A DNA stretch of 62,782 nucleotides, counting the filler, from Kipferlia bialata (lineage: Eukaryota), in NCBI GenBank assembly GCA_003568945.1. It is 7 parts of 7 records of this genome, joined end to end, with 100 filler letters (N's around TTAATTAATTAA, not from the genome) between each part and the next. Parts side by side here need not be neighbours in the genome. Positions count along the whole stretch, not along the records: positions 32,291 to 42,947 come from BDIP01001383.1; positions 43,048 to 53,704 come from BDIP01001384.1; 5 more parts are not named here. The stretch is one strand, 5' to 3'. Each line of letters starts with the position of its first letter. Position 1 is the stretch's first letter. Positions 36,401 through 47,819 of the stretch are shown here, one piece after another. A model generated the notes under the pieces. That model was not told where the DNA came from. It made no database searches and saw only the letters and a list, made by a program, of their open reading frames with translations. The position numbers and the translations under genes were made by a program.

Positions 36401-38919
36401 CGTACAGTAGTATCACCCACTGTCACGGGGGAGACTGCCATACCCTCAGCATGTACCACATGGGCATAGTCAGTGTCTGAGAGGTACATGCACTGATCCA
36501 GGGTGAAGGGGGAGGATGGGTGGGGGTGGCAGGTGTCTGTGGCTATCCATGCATATGCATAGACACTGGACACGGCAGACTCGACAGTGAAGGGGGTCTC
36601 GTTAGTGTATGTGCCCCCAACGTATTGCCCAGGAACCATATCCGTCTCACCATCCTCACTTGTACAGCAGAACACAACGTTAGACACACCATCTGCAACC
36701 CCCGAGGTGCCTAGCACAGTAGCTGACAGAGACTGAGCATCGTGGACCCCAACTGTAACGGGTGGCATGGACACTGAGGTTGTGTATCCACTGGGTCCGT
36801 AGAGTGCCAGGTCTGTCCCCCCCACCCCCAGTGCCGCCACTACCAGTGTATCACCCTGCAGTGCCATGGGGCTAGACACGGTGTTCCATGCATCAAAGAG
36901 GAGGGACTCAGAGGAAGACAGGGAAACGACCTCCACATACTCCCCCTCCTGGTCTCTCTCGAACACTGATACATACCCTGGATGCTGGTGGGTCACTGCC
37001 AGCCTGTCAGTGCCATCAGAGGTGTCTAGAGACAGGGCACCCAGGCCAAACCAGTCATCCTGCTGGGCCTCCTCACCCCTAGACACTATGGCCTCCTGCT
37101 GCCACACCCCACTGGCCCTGGAGTACATATAGACAGCCCCTGCCCCTTCCACCCCCTCACCCATTACCTCCACAGTGTGCATGGGGTTACCCACAGAGAG
37201 CGTATCCCCACTGACAGACACCGTGTGCCAGGAGTGGGTATCGGTGTCAGGGAGGGCGTAGTCTGAGGACACCCACTCACCCCCTATGGTATCATACTCA
37301 AACACTCTGCCTGTCTCGGCTGGACAGTAGGAGCCTACGGCTAGTGTGTAGGTGTCGAGAGAGAGGGAGAGGCCGAAGTGACCCGTACCAAGGGGGCCAG
37401 TCAGTACCTCTGGGTCCACTCCACTGTCATCACCAAGGGTATACACATACACTACACCAGTAGTGGCACCAAACGCACACCCACCCACCGCCAGATGGGT
37501 TGGGGAGAGAGCGACAGGCAGTCCGACACTAGAGTTGACGGGACAGGACGGAGTATACACAGTCTCATACTCCCACACCCCGAGGGAGAGAGAGAACACA
37601 GCCACGGCCCCCTCCATCTCACCATCTGTATCTGGATCTGTAGAAGGGTATGATACAGACACTGCAAGGCGGGTGCCTGATACAGAGAGGTGATGACCGA
37701 ATCCAGAGGCGGATGACATGGGGAGGGTGGAAGGGAGCAGTGTCTGGGCAAGCTCCCACACCCCACAGCCCAGCCTGTACAGCAGCACTTCCCCTGCACC
37801 CTCATTGGCGGAGGGGTACCCTACTGCCAGCCACTCTCCTTCTATATCAGTGGAGACCCCTCCCTGTGAGGCATGGGATGGAAGTACAGCCTCTCTAGAG
37901 AAGGGCGTGGAGTGGGGGGCTACCACCAAACTAGCAGAGAGAGACTGAACGGTGTCTCCAGTGGTAGCGTCACGAACAATGAGGGAGAGAGCGTGGTCTG
38001 GAGTGGCCTGAGGTGAGAATATGATAGTATGACAACCAACTAGAGTGGCTTCCTCACCTCAAGGTCCACCAAGACCTCCTCTGAGGTTGCATAGAAGGAC
38101 ACGCTCTCCCTCCACACACACTCCACCTCATGTCCCTCCCATAGTAGGGAGAGGGAGAGGGAGGGGTCTACCCATAGGGCACCTGATGCATCTGACAGGT
38201 GAGACAAGGGAGGTAGAGAGAGAGAAAGTGAGGGGAGGGGGTTTGATGGATTCGACTGTGCATACCATGTATAGCTAAGTGGATGCCGCACCGTATGGAG
38301 TGAGCATGATGTATGTGTCCCCAGTCACTAGAGGCTCAGTCCCAATGTGGCTGATTGGGGTGGACGCCTTCACTCCCATACTGCCAATGCCAGTGATGGG
38401 TGGCTTGGAACCTTCTGCGTCTGTAGAGGCATCAGGTACCGGCCTAGGCGACACTGAGTCAAAGACACTGGAGTGAGACATGTATTGACTCTTGTACAAT
38501 TAGTATATAAGATAGTGCAATGTGAGCCTTCAGTACACACTGAGATGCGCTACTCTGTGGTGTTATATATATCAATACATAAATGAACCCCACAAAGGAG
38601 TGGCAAGGAGAATGGTATCACAGTAGACTGAGTGACTACAATATACACTGCATTGACTTACCTCTCAAGAGGTCTCAGTGGAGACACCTCTGTGTCAGCA
38701 AACACATTCACTCGTCCTTGTATACTGGTGAATAGTAGCAATACGGCCACAAGCGCCCAGAGGGCCTAGGGTGAGTGGGAAATGAGACTACTACGAGACG
38801 GGACATATACCGCCCCTATACAGGTGGCCGCCCTGAAATGTGGAGAGTAACCACTACCCACAGTACCAGGCTGCTTTTGTATATCACCGTATATTATTCT
38901 TACCAATCCATACCTGCAT
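33442..38919 (-). CDS. Large type-I membrane surface protein: signal peptide, FG-GAP beta-propeller, ~8 Ig-like repeats, TM helix, Pro-rich tail
   Basis: Exon ATGCAG (38914-38919) spliced to ALWALVAVLLLFTSIQG gives a signal peptide. The 4.5-kb last exon has FG-GAP blades (LAVGYP..GAGEVLLY; FGHHLSVSGTRLAV; FGLSLSLDTYTLAVG; GAGAVYMY), repeats with DSWGN/DAYGN/DRYGN/DAYSN/DCYGN, and TM WGSLIVLALTLMVVG. Confidence 0.88.
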
Positions 38920-40504
38920 TGCAGCCGCCTAGAGAGCATGACCCCAGTCTGGCCCAGACTCAACTGTGTTTTTGAAATTAAGGGTCTATGGATCATGTCA
39001 CACGTGACTTACTATGTCACATACATAAATTCAGTTATTTGCATTGAGAGTCTCCATATATTGGTCATATTCAAGAGTTCTCAGGGTATTATTCAACATC
39101 ATGTAAGAGCCAGTGGCTTGATGGGTTGTCGTTAATGGGTTTTGAATAGAAATGTTTATACACTTACGAACTCTCCATTGGTCTGTACACCCACAGTGCA
39201 TTGCGGGTCTAACCATAACCTCCCGACAGCGTTCAGCGGCAGCGCCCCCATAACAGGATAGGGAACGAAACCGGCACTACAACCGCACCTTCCACACACA
39301 GTCACATAGACAAGATGGCATACTTGACCTAGGACCCAGTAGTGACATGACCAAGGGAAGAGGGAGGGGGGGGGGGGGGGGGGGAGGGCAGGGGGAGGTT
39401 ACGCAGATATCACCGAGAGAGATGGCAGCCGTGGAAGTACCTGAGCCAGTGGCCCCATAGGCCATCAGGAGAAGATTGGCAGCTGGAGGTAAGGGGCTTG
39501 GAGGGTCTCAAATAGGTACTCGATATATCCGAAAGAAGTACAAGAGAGCATCATTACGTGTACCTCGTGAGTTGGACAGTAACCAATCCAGGTCGTCAGC
39601 GACTGCAGCCACTGTCTCAGAGTCAGGGGCGTCGGTGTCTAGCACCTGGAGTAAGACAATTCAGACAACAACTTATGATGTTAATGCGGACAAGGAGCAT
39701 GTATTTATATCGTCATGCCTTGAATGTGGGGATATATGTGGTAGTGACGTATTGTTGATTTACATGAGAAGGTGTGAGAGAGAGAGAAGTAAGGAAAGAA
39801 CTAACCATGTGAAATCTGGAAATGGCATCGTCCGCCACTCCACTAGGGTCTCTAATGGTGACTTGGGTATCACTGGAGTGAGTATGTAGACATAAAGCGA
39901 ATATTAACTGTATTGTTCGGGGCAAATGCACATAAGAGGCGCTCACAAGGCAAAAGTGCCGCCAAATCACTCGTACCAGAAGGACAGCAAGGAAAGCACG
40001 CCATCTGGCAAAGGACGAGCCTTTACGACTGTAGTTACAGCAGGCCTGGGCTTTCGGAGCCCGTCATCGCCGACAGGCATCAACAATCACCGCAAGAGGT
40101 GGGATAGAGCCCAGACGTAGTTGAACCCTTCTTTTTGCTAAAAGACTAAGAGTTGACTCTTATTCTAATGTTAACTCCACCCAATGAAACACACTCAAAG
40201 TGTAGTGACCTAGCAGGTGCGAAACAGCCGGATTGCACATACATCTATTGATCACACACATCTATAGATCACATACATCTGTAGATCACACTCTTGACAT
40301 TGCTGCAAAACCCACTGAGGAAATCTATCTGATCACGATAACAAATACAATAAGGTATCAGTCTCACATCCTCTCACTCAGAAAGGAGACACACCCAACA
40401 ACACACTTGGATAGATAAAGATGTACCCTGGTCCCTTCTTCACTATACTCATAGAGTATGAGGACCTCCTAGACTACTAAGTAGACCTATACCACTTAGA
40501 TGAC

Positions 40505-42612
40505 TTAGTAGTTGTAGTCACTGGTCACCTCATCACCGAGCAGACCGGCCTTCTCCTCCTTCTTATCCTGGGGGTCAGAGAGACATTATCATATATATAT
40601 ATATTTGTATAGATAAGTCTATGTATATATATATCTATATCTATATATATATATAGACCGGCCTTCTCCTCCTTCTTATCCTGGGGGTCATGGACATAGG
40701 GATAACACTATTGTATACGTCTATATATATGTGTGTGTATACATATATACATACCTTCTTGCCACCGAAGAACTGGGGCACCTCGGAGGGGTCGGGGACA
40801 ACTCCCTTGTAGTACAGCTGGATGTTAAGATACATAATTAAGTCTACGAATACTATATTTCATACATCTAACAATATAATGCATAGTAATGTATGGGTCG
40901 GGGACAACTCCCTTGTAGTACAGCTTGGGGTGAGGCAATGATGGAAAAGAGATAGAGAGCAAGAGACAACACACTGATATGGTGTCGAGATAGTATATAT
41001 GACCAACCTTGTAGTACACGAGGAATGCCACGAGGATGACCTCCTGCACAAAGGTGAAGCAGTATCCAATGGTGGTGGACCAGTTCTGACGTCAGGAAGG
41101 GTGTGGTATAACCACTACGTACAAGTAGGGACACTTAGTAATAAATAGAATGGTACCTGGGGGTCGAGGAACACGTAGTAGATGATGATGATACCACATC
41201 CGGGCATCTGGATTCCAAGCATGATGAGGGAGAGGGAGCCCTGCTGCTTCAGCCTGATATAAGAGACAAACATAGCGAGACAGAGAAGGGGGGGGGGGGT
41301 ATATACATATACCCACCTGTATGTGTTGATGATCTGAGGGGTCCACTCACACACTCCGATGATGGTGGAGATGACACCCAGGGACAGGGCAAAGTTGTAG
41401 AGGGGGGCGTTGCAGGGGCCAACCTGGGGGGTGAGAAGAGAAGAGGGATGCCGAGAGAGAGAGTGTGTGTGAGTGTGAGATGTATGTGTCTATACTAACT
41501 ATATATATCTATGCACAAATACACACCTGGATTGTCCAGACTGTGCCTCCGACCATGCTGATGATGACCAGGGCAGAGAAGATGACGAAGGTCATGAACT
41601 GGTACTGGTAGTGGGAGTCCTTGCCGTTCTCCTGCTATTAGCCTAAAACTTAGAGAGTATAGTATGGGAGTCCTTGCCGTTCTCCTGTTGGTTAGAGAAC
41701 AATTAACAAAATACTTAGTGTATATAGAACAGTACATGCGAGAGAGAGTTAGGAGAAGATCATGTATTAGAGGAATACTAACCTGCTTGTAGTAGTAGAT
41801 GTAGGCGGCCCACACGATGTAGTAGCAACTCCAGAGTCCTGGGGTGAGATAACATGAGGAGACTACTCGCATAGTTTCAGAGACTGATACGATGCGACAT
41901 ACTATATGTAAAAGCAGTTGTTAAAGAACACGGATGTCATATTGTGTACCTAGGAGCTGGAAGAATGGGATCAGGTCCCAGATGCAGGAGGTAGACTGGA
42001 AGGCACCAAGGAGCTGTGGGTCAGATACAATACACGAGAGGAGACAGAGACATCACAAGGGACAGGGTGACCCAGTGTTAGACAACGCCAAACCCCACAC
42101 AAACTGCATACCTGAGGGAAATCGAGCATCCAGCAGTTGAGCACAACCATGTACTAGGGGTGAGGGACACTCTTGGGGATACAACATGGACTGACACCCC
42201 ACAAGAGACAACATCGAATAGACGGAATCAGCTATAACGATATCATGCCATAATGAATGCATAATGCACATGTGAGTGCACTATACCTGGTTGAAGTTGG
42301 CAAGGAGGAGGAAGGTGCCAGAGATACCCACAGAGGACTTGCGGCCCACAATACGGGTGATCTGGGGGATGGAGGACCCGATGGTGCCTGAATGTGAGTG
42401 CACAAACGAGCATGAGGGGAAGAAGGCAGCACAAGCTCCGCTAGAGGTATTATCAATGTCAGTATGAGTGAGTACAGAAGAAGACCGAATCGGTTTCGGC
42501 ATAAGTATGCACCTAGGGCGAGGGCAAGTCCCAGAAGGATAGAAGCAGTGCTCTGCCCAGTGCAGTAATCAGTGTAGTTGGTTGAACCGCCATTGCACGG
42601 ATCGGGGAACAT
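40505..42612 (-). CDS. PQ-loop repeat membrane transporter (PQLC/cystinosin superfamily), ~12 exons
   Basis: Two PQ loops, SSIPQITRIVGRKSSVGISGTF and WTPQIINTYRLKQQGSLSLIML, with hydrophobic helices; ends DKKEEKAGLLGDEVTSDYNY* with a dileucine-like motif. Confidence 0.9.
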
Positions 42613-42757
42613 CGATTATGTCCTCTCGAAGAGCCTTATGAGCACATTGTATTGGGCTGCACCCTTTTGGCCACCGTTTTTCCCGTCTTTTTGCTGTAAG
42701 GGTTCAAGACGGCTTCTGTCAGCTTGGTCAACGTCCTGTTCAAGAAGGTACGACCAA

Positions 42758-42947
42758 ATGCGTATCCTTTCGGCACTTCTAGTGCTATGCTTTGTTCTGT
42801 TTGTGACCTGCCAGCCCCAGGGTAGGGTTTCTGAGCCTGTTCTTGAGGACTCTGTCGTTTGTACCATCTGCGACCTTGTTGTTGAGATGGGAGAGGAGTG
42901 GATCACCTCTGGGACCACCGTGCAGGAGGTCGAGGACTGGCTGGAGG
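42758..42947 (+). CDS. Saposin-like (SapB) secreted or lysosomal protein, 3' truncated
   Basis: Signal peptide MRILSALLVLCFVLFVTC followed by SVVCTICDLVVEMGEEWITSGTTVQEVEDWLE, the typical first SAPLIP helix pair. Confidence 0.85.
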
Positions 42948-43047
42948 NNNNNNNNNNNNNNNNNNNNNNNNNNNNNNNNNNNNNNNNNNNNTTAATTAAT
43001 TAANNNNNNNNNNNNNNNNNNNNNNNNNNNNNNNNNNNNNNNNNNNN
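42948..43047. other. Artificial contig spacer
   Basis: N44-TTAATTAATTAA-N44. Confidence 0.99.
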
Positions 43048-43864
43048 TAGTGAACATGACGAATCTCTTGAGAGTGAGTTTTTGCGTGATTTCGCTACAC
43101 CCCTTTTGCAACCTCAGCTTATTTCTATATAGTAAAATGAATTTTACTATATAGTAACTGCATTTTACTATATTTTTGAAGCCCTAATCACAATGCCTGT
43201 GTTCAATGACAGTCTTGTCACGAGTCAGCTATTCAGAGAGTGTCTCCATATCTAAATGACCGAGGTAACAGCAATGGTTGCCCTCAACACTGTTGAGCGA
43301 TCACTACTATTGTATAGTGGAACCAATCACAGACGAACCCAACTGTCGTAATCCTATTGGGATCCCCGGTCACCGCAGCGAAGATTCCTCACTGAGGATT
43401 GAGAATTCCAAATTGAGCTGCGACTTGACGAGATTGCGTATGGTCTGGTACGGTGCCAAGTGTGCCACGTCGGATATACAACACCATGCGGATGGCGGAT
43501 CAGATGCAGTCTGATGCCCTCGGAAGGGCATGTAGCAACTACCCTGGTCTGACCAGGGCCTGGTCATGCATAAAGATGGGTCATGCATATCCACATGCCC
43601 ATCTGCCACAACTGTCCTGGGCCAAGGAGCCCAGTTCCACTTGAGCGATACACTCTATGTATGCTAGAGACTCTACTACACGGGTACTTCTCACGGCACT
43701 GCACCTTGTCCCTCATGTGTATGCTCCCATATATTGCACCACAATTACGGCTTCAAAATCTTAGAGATAGAATAAAACATAGAATATTGTGGTCCACAAT
43801 ACACCTTACACCAGTACCACCTGTGATCAGAAAGAGAGTGGCCTATAATCCAATACTCCAGCCT

Positions 43865-45110
43865 TCACTTTAGGAGCTGTCCATCGATGCCGAACTCGAG
43901 CACCTCCTCTTCTGACTCTGTGTCAGATAGTGTGAAGGCTGGGCAAGGGGGCCTCCTGCTGACTACCCCTCTGTCTCTCCGTACCTGACCATTCTCTCTC
44001 TCTCTATCTCTCCCACCTCCCACAGCGGCATGTGCCATGGCCTTCCGTACACCGCGTGTCACTGGGTGAACAGCCGAAGTAACTGGCATTAATGACTTGC
44101 GAATTGTTCCATACAAAGGGTGTGGGTATATCCACCCACCTGGTGTCACTCGGGCAGATGACGCCACACATCTTTGCCGGCGTCCAGTCCCGTTCCCTCT
44201 GGAACGTTCCCCACCAGCGTGTGTTCTCCCCACTCTCCTCCCCCTCTCTGCTCTCTTCACTCTTGTCCCTTCATCACGAGTCATCTCCTGACATTAGACA
44301 CAAATATGTGAGTGAGAGAGGGATTTGCCTGAAAGCAAGATCCCAACCTGACATATCCATATCTTCCTTGTCTTGTGCCCATAACGACTGCTGCTAGTCC
44401 CACTCGATACATGCATTATACGTACACATTTGTGTATATACTATGCACGTGGCTACATCCTCGGATCATAGGCCTAGTACTACCAGTGGAGAGTACATAC
44501 CTCAAAAACCTCTGCCAGTTCCTCTTCTGTCATGCCATCGAACTGGTGTCAGTTTCAATACGTTATGGACGTACAATAGACATGGAAATAGATAAGAGAA
44601 GACTCGATGACTGGCGGGTAGTTGGTAGTTGGTCCCAGTCAATCCCTATGAAAACTGGCGGGAAAATGTGTATCAATACATTGAATCTATAAATACCTCT
44701 GTCGGTGGTGGCTTGTATGTGTTCCAGTCAATACCATTCTCACAAGCATGCCGCCACTTGTCTGACATGTCGTCTGGTATTAACCAGCAGCAGCAACAGT
44801 AGTAGACATATTGATTGGTATACGGCCTATATAATACATCTCCTCACCAAATACATGCTATCTGACATGGAACAAATTACACTGACTCACACTGATACCT
44901 GGTATAGGGCCTAAATCAATTCCCTCCTCTTTAGCCTTGCAGTATGCAAATGCAAAGGTGTGCTCCAGCTCCTCTTTGGCAGGTGCCCACATCTCCTCCC
45001 ACTCATTGACAGTGAGGTACTTGCCCATCTGGTATCAGGAGAGCAGATGTAGTAGACATGGCAAATATGAGTGATGGGACGGGACCCTTGGTCTGTATCT
45101 TCTCAGCACC
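43865..45110 (-). CDS. Possible multi-exon hypothetical protein
   Basis: Exon-like blocks MGKYLTVNEWEEMWAPAKEELEHTF, FDGMTEEELAEVFE| and EMTRDEGTRVKRAERG...QLLK*. Model not fully resolved. Confidence 0.3.
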
Positions 45111-45535
45111 TATAGTCACACATATATAACCAATATGGTATAATGATTGCATGCGGAACACATGAATACTACGCAGAGGGGTGCTACAAAGCCAACAAAG
45201 GACAAGGAAGACAACAAATACCTTCGTCCACCCTGAAGCAACCTCGAACACTTCAGAGAAGAGTAGTACTGATAATGTCGAGTTGCCCCCTATTTCTGTT
45301 TCAAGTTGTTTTCCCTGAGAGTCTTAATGAATCAGACACTCTCAATACGTTGACAGTCACCTCACACATACTGACCAGTATTGGGTACCCACTTTGATTT
45401 GAGATAGACCATAAAGAATACTTCTGATGTAGATCCCCCTTTTACAGGTATTGTATGAAACTGTTTTAATCTATGCAACTATTTCATAGTTGTCCTAAAC
45501 ACACTGTCATCTGAACACACAAACTCGTACACTGT

Positions 45536-47636
45536 CTACCGTCTCCTCTGGCCACGCTGCCTCCTCTTGGGGTTCCTCTCCTTCTCCCCCTGGGCCCTTC
45601 TGGCTGGGGCACGCTCCCCGTGTCCAGCGATGATCTTCTTGATGGTCTCGCAGTCGGAGGACAGGAACATGTGGGGCCTGGGGGTGTGAGGCCACAATAC
45701 ATGGGGGCACAACAATGACACAATATGGAGATAAGAAATGCCACAATGCCACTGTGCCTACCTGAGGGTGACATCGTTCTCCCTGGGGAGCCTGTTCTTC
45801 AGCTGGTTCAGCACGTGCATCTCAGCCTTCTGGGCAGGGGTCATCTCCACCTTGGTCTTCTGAGGTGAGAGGGAATGGAAGGTAACTGGGCAGAAGAACA
45901 GAACGTAGGACTCACCTTTGCAACCTCAACCTTCTCAGCCTCAGCCTCAGCCTCAGCCTCAGCCGCTGGCTCTGCCTCCCCCTCCACCACGGGGGCTGCC
46001 TCTGCCTCTGCCTCTACCTCCTTGGTCTCTGTCTCTGTCTCTGCCTCCACAGCCTCAGGCTCGATCTCGACAGTGGCGTCAGCGACGATGGCTGCCCTGG
46101 CAACCTCCACAGCATCAAAGAGCCTCTTGAACATGCCTGGGGGTCAGGGACTGATTGTGACAGCATGCACTCCCAGATGGAATGACTGGTGCAAGTATAC
46201 TCACCCTTGGCAGACTCGTACTGCACACCAGCATCGATGATGGAGGACACGTGACGGCGGGCACTGGCATAGCCTGGGTAAGAGTGCTACTCAATGGAAC
46301 ACAGGAATAGCATTGCATCTCTGCATCAGCAAGATGCCTACCTGTGGTCTCGTTGACAGCGGCAGGGGCGACGTTTCCGATCCTCCTGATGGTCTCCAGG
46401 AGAAGGGTGGACCTCACGCAGAGCTCACTGATATTAGTCTGTGTTGATCTGACATGAACCCTCGATTAGGCAGAAGATAGTGCTTGTGAACTCACCTCCA
46501 GCCCTCGGTCTTGGCCTCCACGGCTCCGAGAGTGGCGTCGGCAGATGCCTGGAGTCAATGTATTGTAAAAAAACTGCCAGGGCTCAATATTCAATTCGAC
46601 ACCACCCAGATACAGAGAGACACCACTCAAGAAGATAAACGTGAGGGATGGTGGGGGGGTATTCCTCACCTGGAAGAGTCTCCAGACACTTGCTACGATA
46701 CGGGCTGCGACGATCTGGCTGGGGTTCATCATGACATACTGGAGTGAGGGGAGACTGTTCGGCACCATTACTCATACTCTGTACCATGAGACACTCAAAC
46801 GACTACTACAGCAGCTACACCCCCCACCTTTGACATGAGCACAAGGAGGGCAGTGGGGGCCACAGGCATGGTGACAGCAGTGGTGACAGCAGTGAGGAGC
46901 ACATTGTCGACAAAGGTCTGCTTCAGAGAACCCTGGGATGAGGAAATACACCTTCACCACGTCCAACAACTCACACAACGAACACAACCCACCTTGGCCC
47001 ACTTCTCGGCCTTGGGTGGCAGAAGGTCAGTGGCAATGGCAACAAAGTCATCCACAAACTGGGGTGAGACTCCATCCACTGGTAGTGTTACTCAAAGGGA
47101 ATCTGCGTCATAAAGGCTATTATAATTGTGTCATTCCCACCTCAGCAGCTCCCTCGGGGGCATCTGGGAAGTCGAATGACTGAGCAAGGACTGAGGCGTC
47201 GCTGAGAGACACAGAGTCGTTGATAAGAGCAAAGAACTCATCAATCAAATCAGCATCCACTGCCTCACCCTCCTTGGGCTCTCCTCTAGACACGTAGAGA
47301 GTCCATGCAAGAGTGATAAGCAGCTTACAGGAGTCCTTCACTCCCTTTGCGAATGCTGCCTTCACCTCCTCCTCCTCTGAGTCTGTGGTCTTTGTCTTCA
47401 TCTCAAGGTAGAAGGCAACGAGCTGAGTGGCCACACTCTTCTCCTCATCTCTCTCAGTGACCTGGGTGAGTATGGGATCAATGCAGCAACATACAGACTC
47501 AGGAAACTACCTTGGAGCTGTTCCAACTTCCAAACAGGGACACCAGCTGAGTTGCGATCTCAGAAGGATCATCACTCTTCACAAAGTGAGCCACAAGGGC
47601 TGGGAGTGCACCCAGAGTAATAAAGGAGTCAGACAT
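45536..47636 (-). CDS. Multi-exon hypothetical alpha-helical protein with acidic EAEA stretch and basic C-terminus
   Basis: About 12 phase-consistent exons from MSDSFITLGALPALVAHF to ERNPKRRQRGQRRR*. Confidence 0.75.
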
Positions 47637-47690
47637 CGTTCAAACAGACTTGAAGCATGCTCGAACTGCACGACGCCTGTCTTTGATTTT

Positions 47691-47737
47691 CTACACCCTT
47701 TTGTTATATGTTTGCCAAAAAGGAGAAAAGGGTGTAA
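47691..47737. promoter_or_regulatory. Putative bidirectional promoter with two oppositely oriented (C)AAAAGGGTGTA motifs
   Basis: CTACACCCTTTTG at 47691-47703 and AAAAGGGTGTAA at 47726-47737 lie in the 183-nt gap between divergent ATGs. The same motif occurs upstream of other genes. Confidence 0.55.
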
Positions 47738-47819
47738 TATGTTGGTTCAGAGAGATCATGCTGATGCACGTGTTTTCGAGTGTTTCTGGTGGTTTTGAAG
47801 AGAGCGAGACGCTACAGAC

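Noticed and set aside
33599..37948. Many plus-strand ORFs opposite the surface protein, and similar ones at 54760-60934
   Set aside because: Antisense shadows of GC-rich coding exons.
39476..40120. ORFs between the surface protein and the PQ-loop gene
   Set aside because: No ATG-led consistent exon model, atypical codon usage, no recognisable domain.
43400..43552. Cys-containing frame resembling a transposase zinc finger
   Set aside because: Short, with no catalytic domain or terminal repeats.
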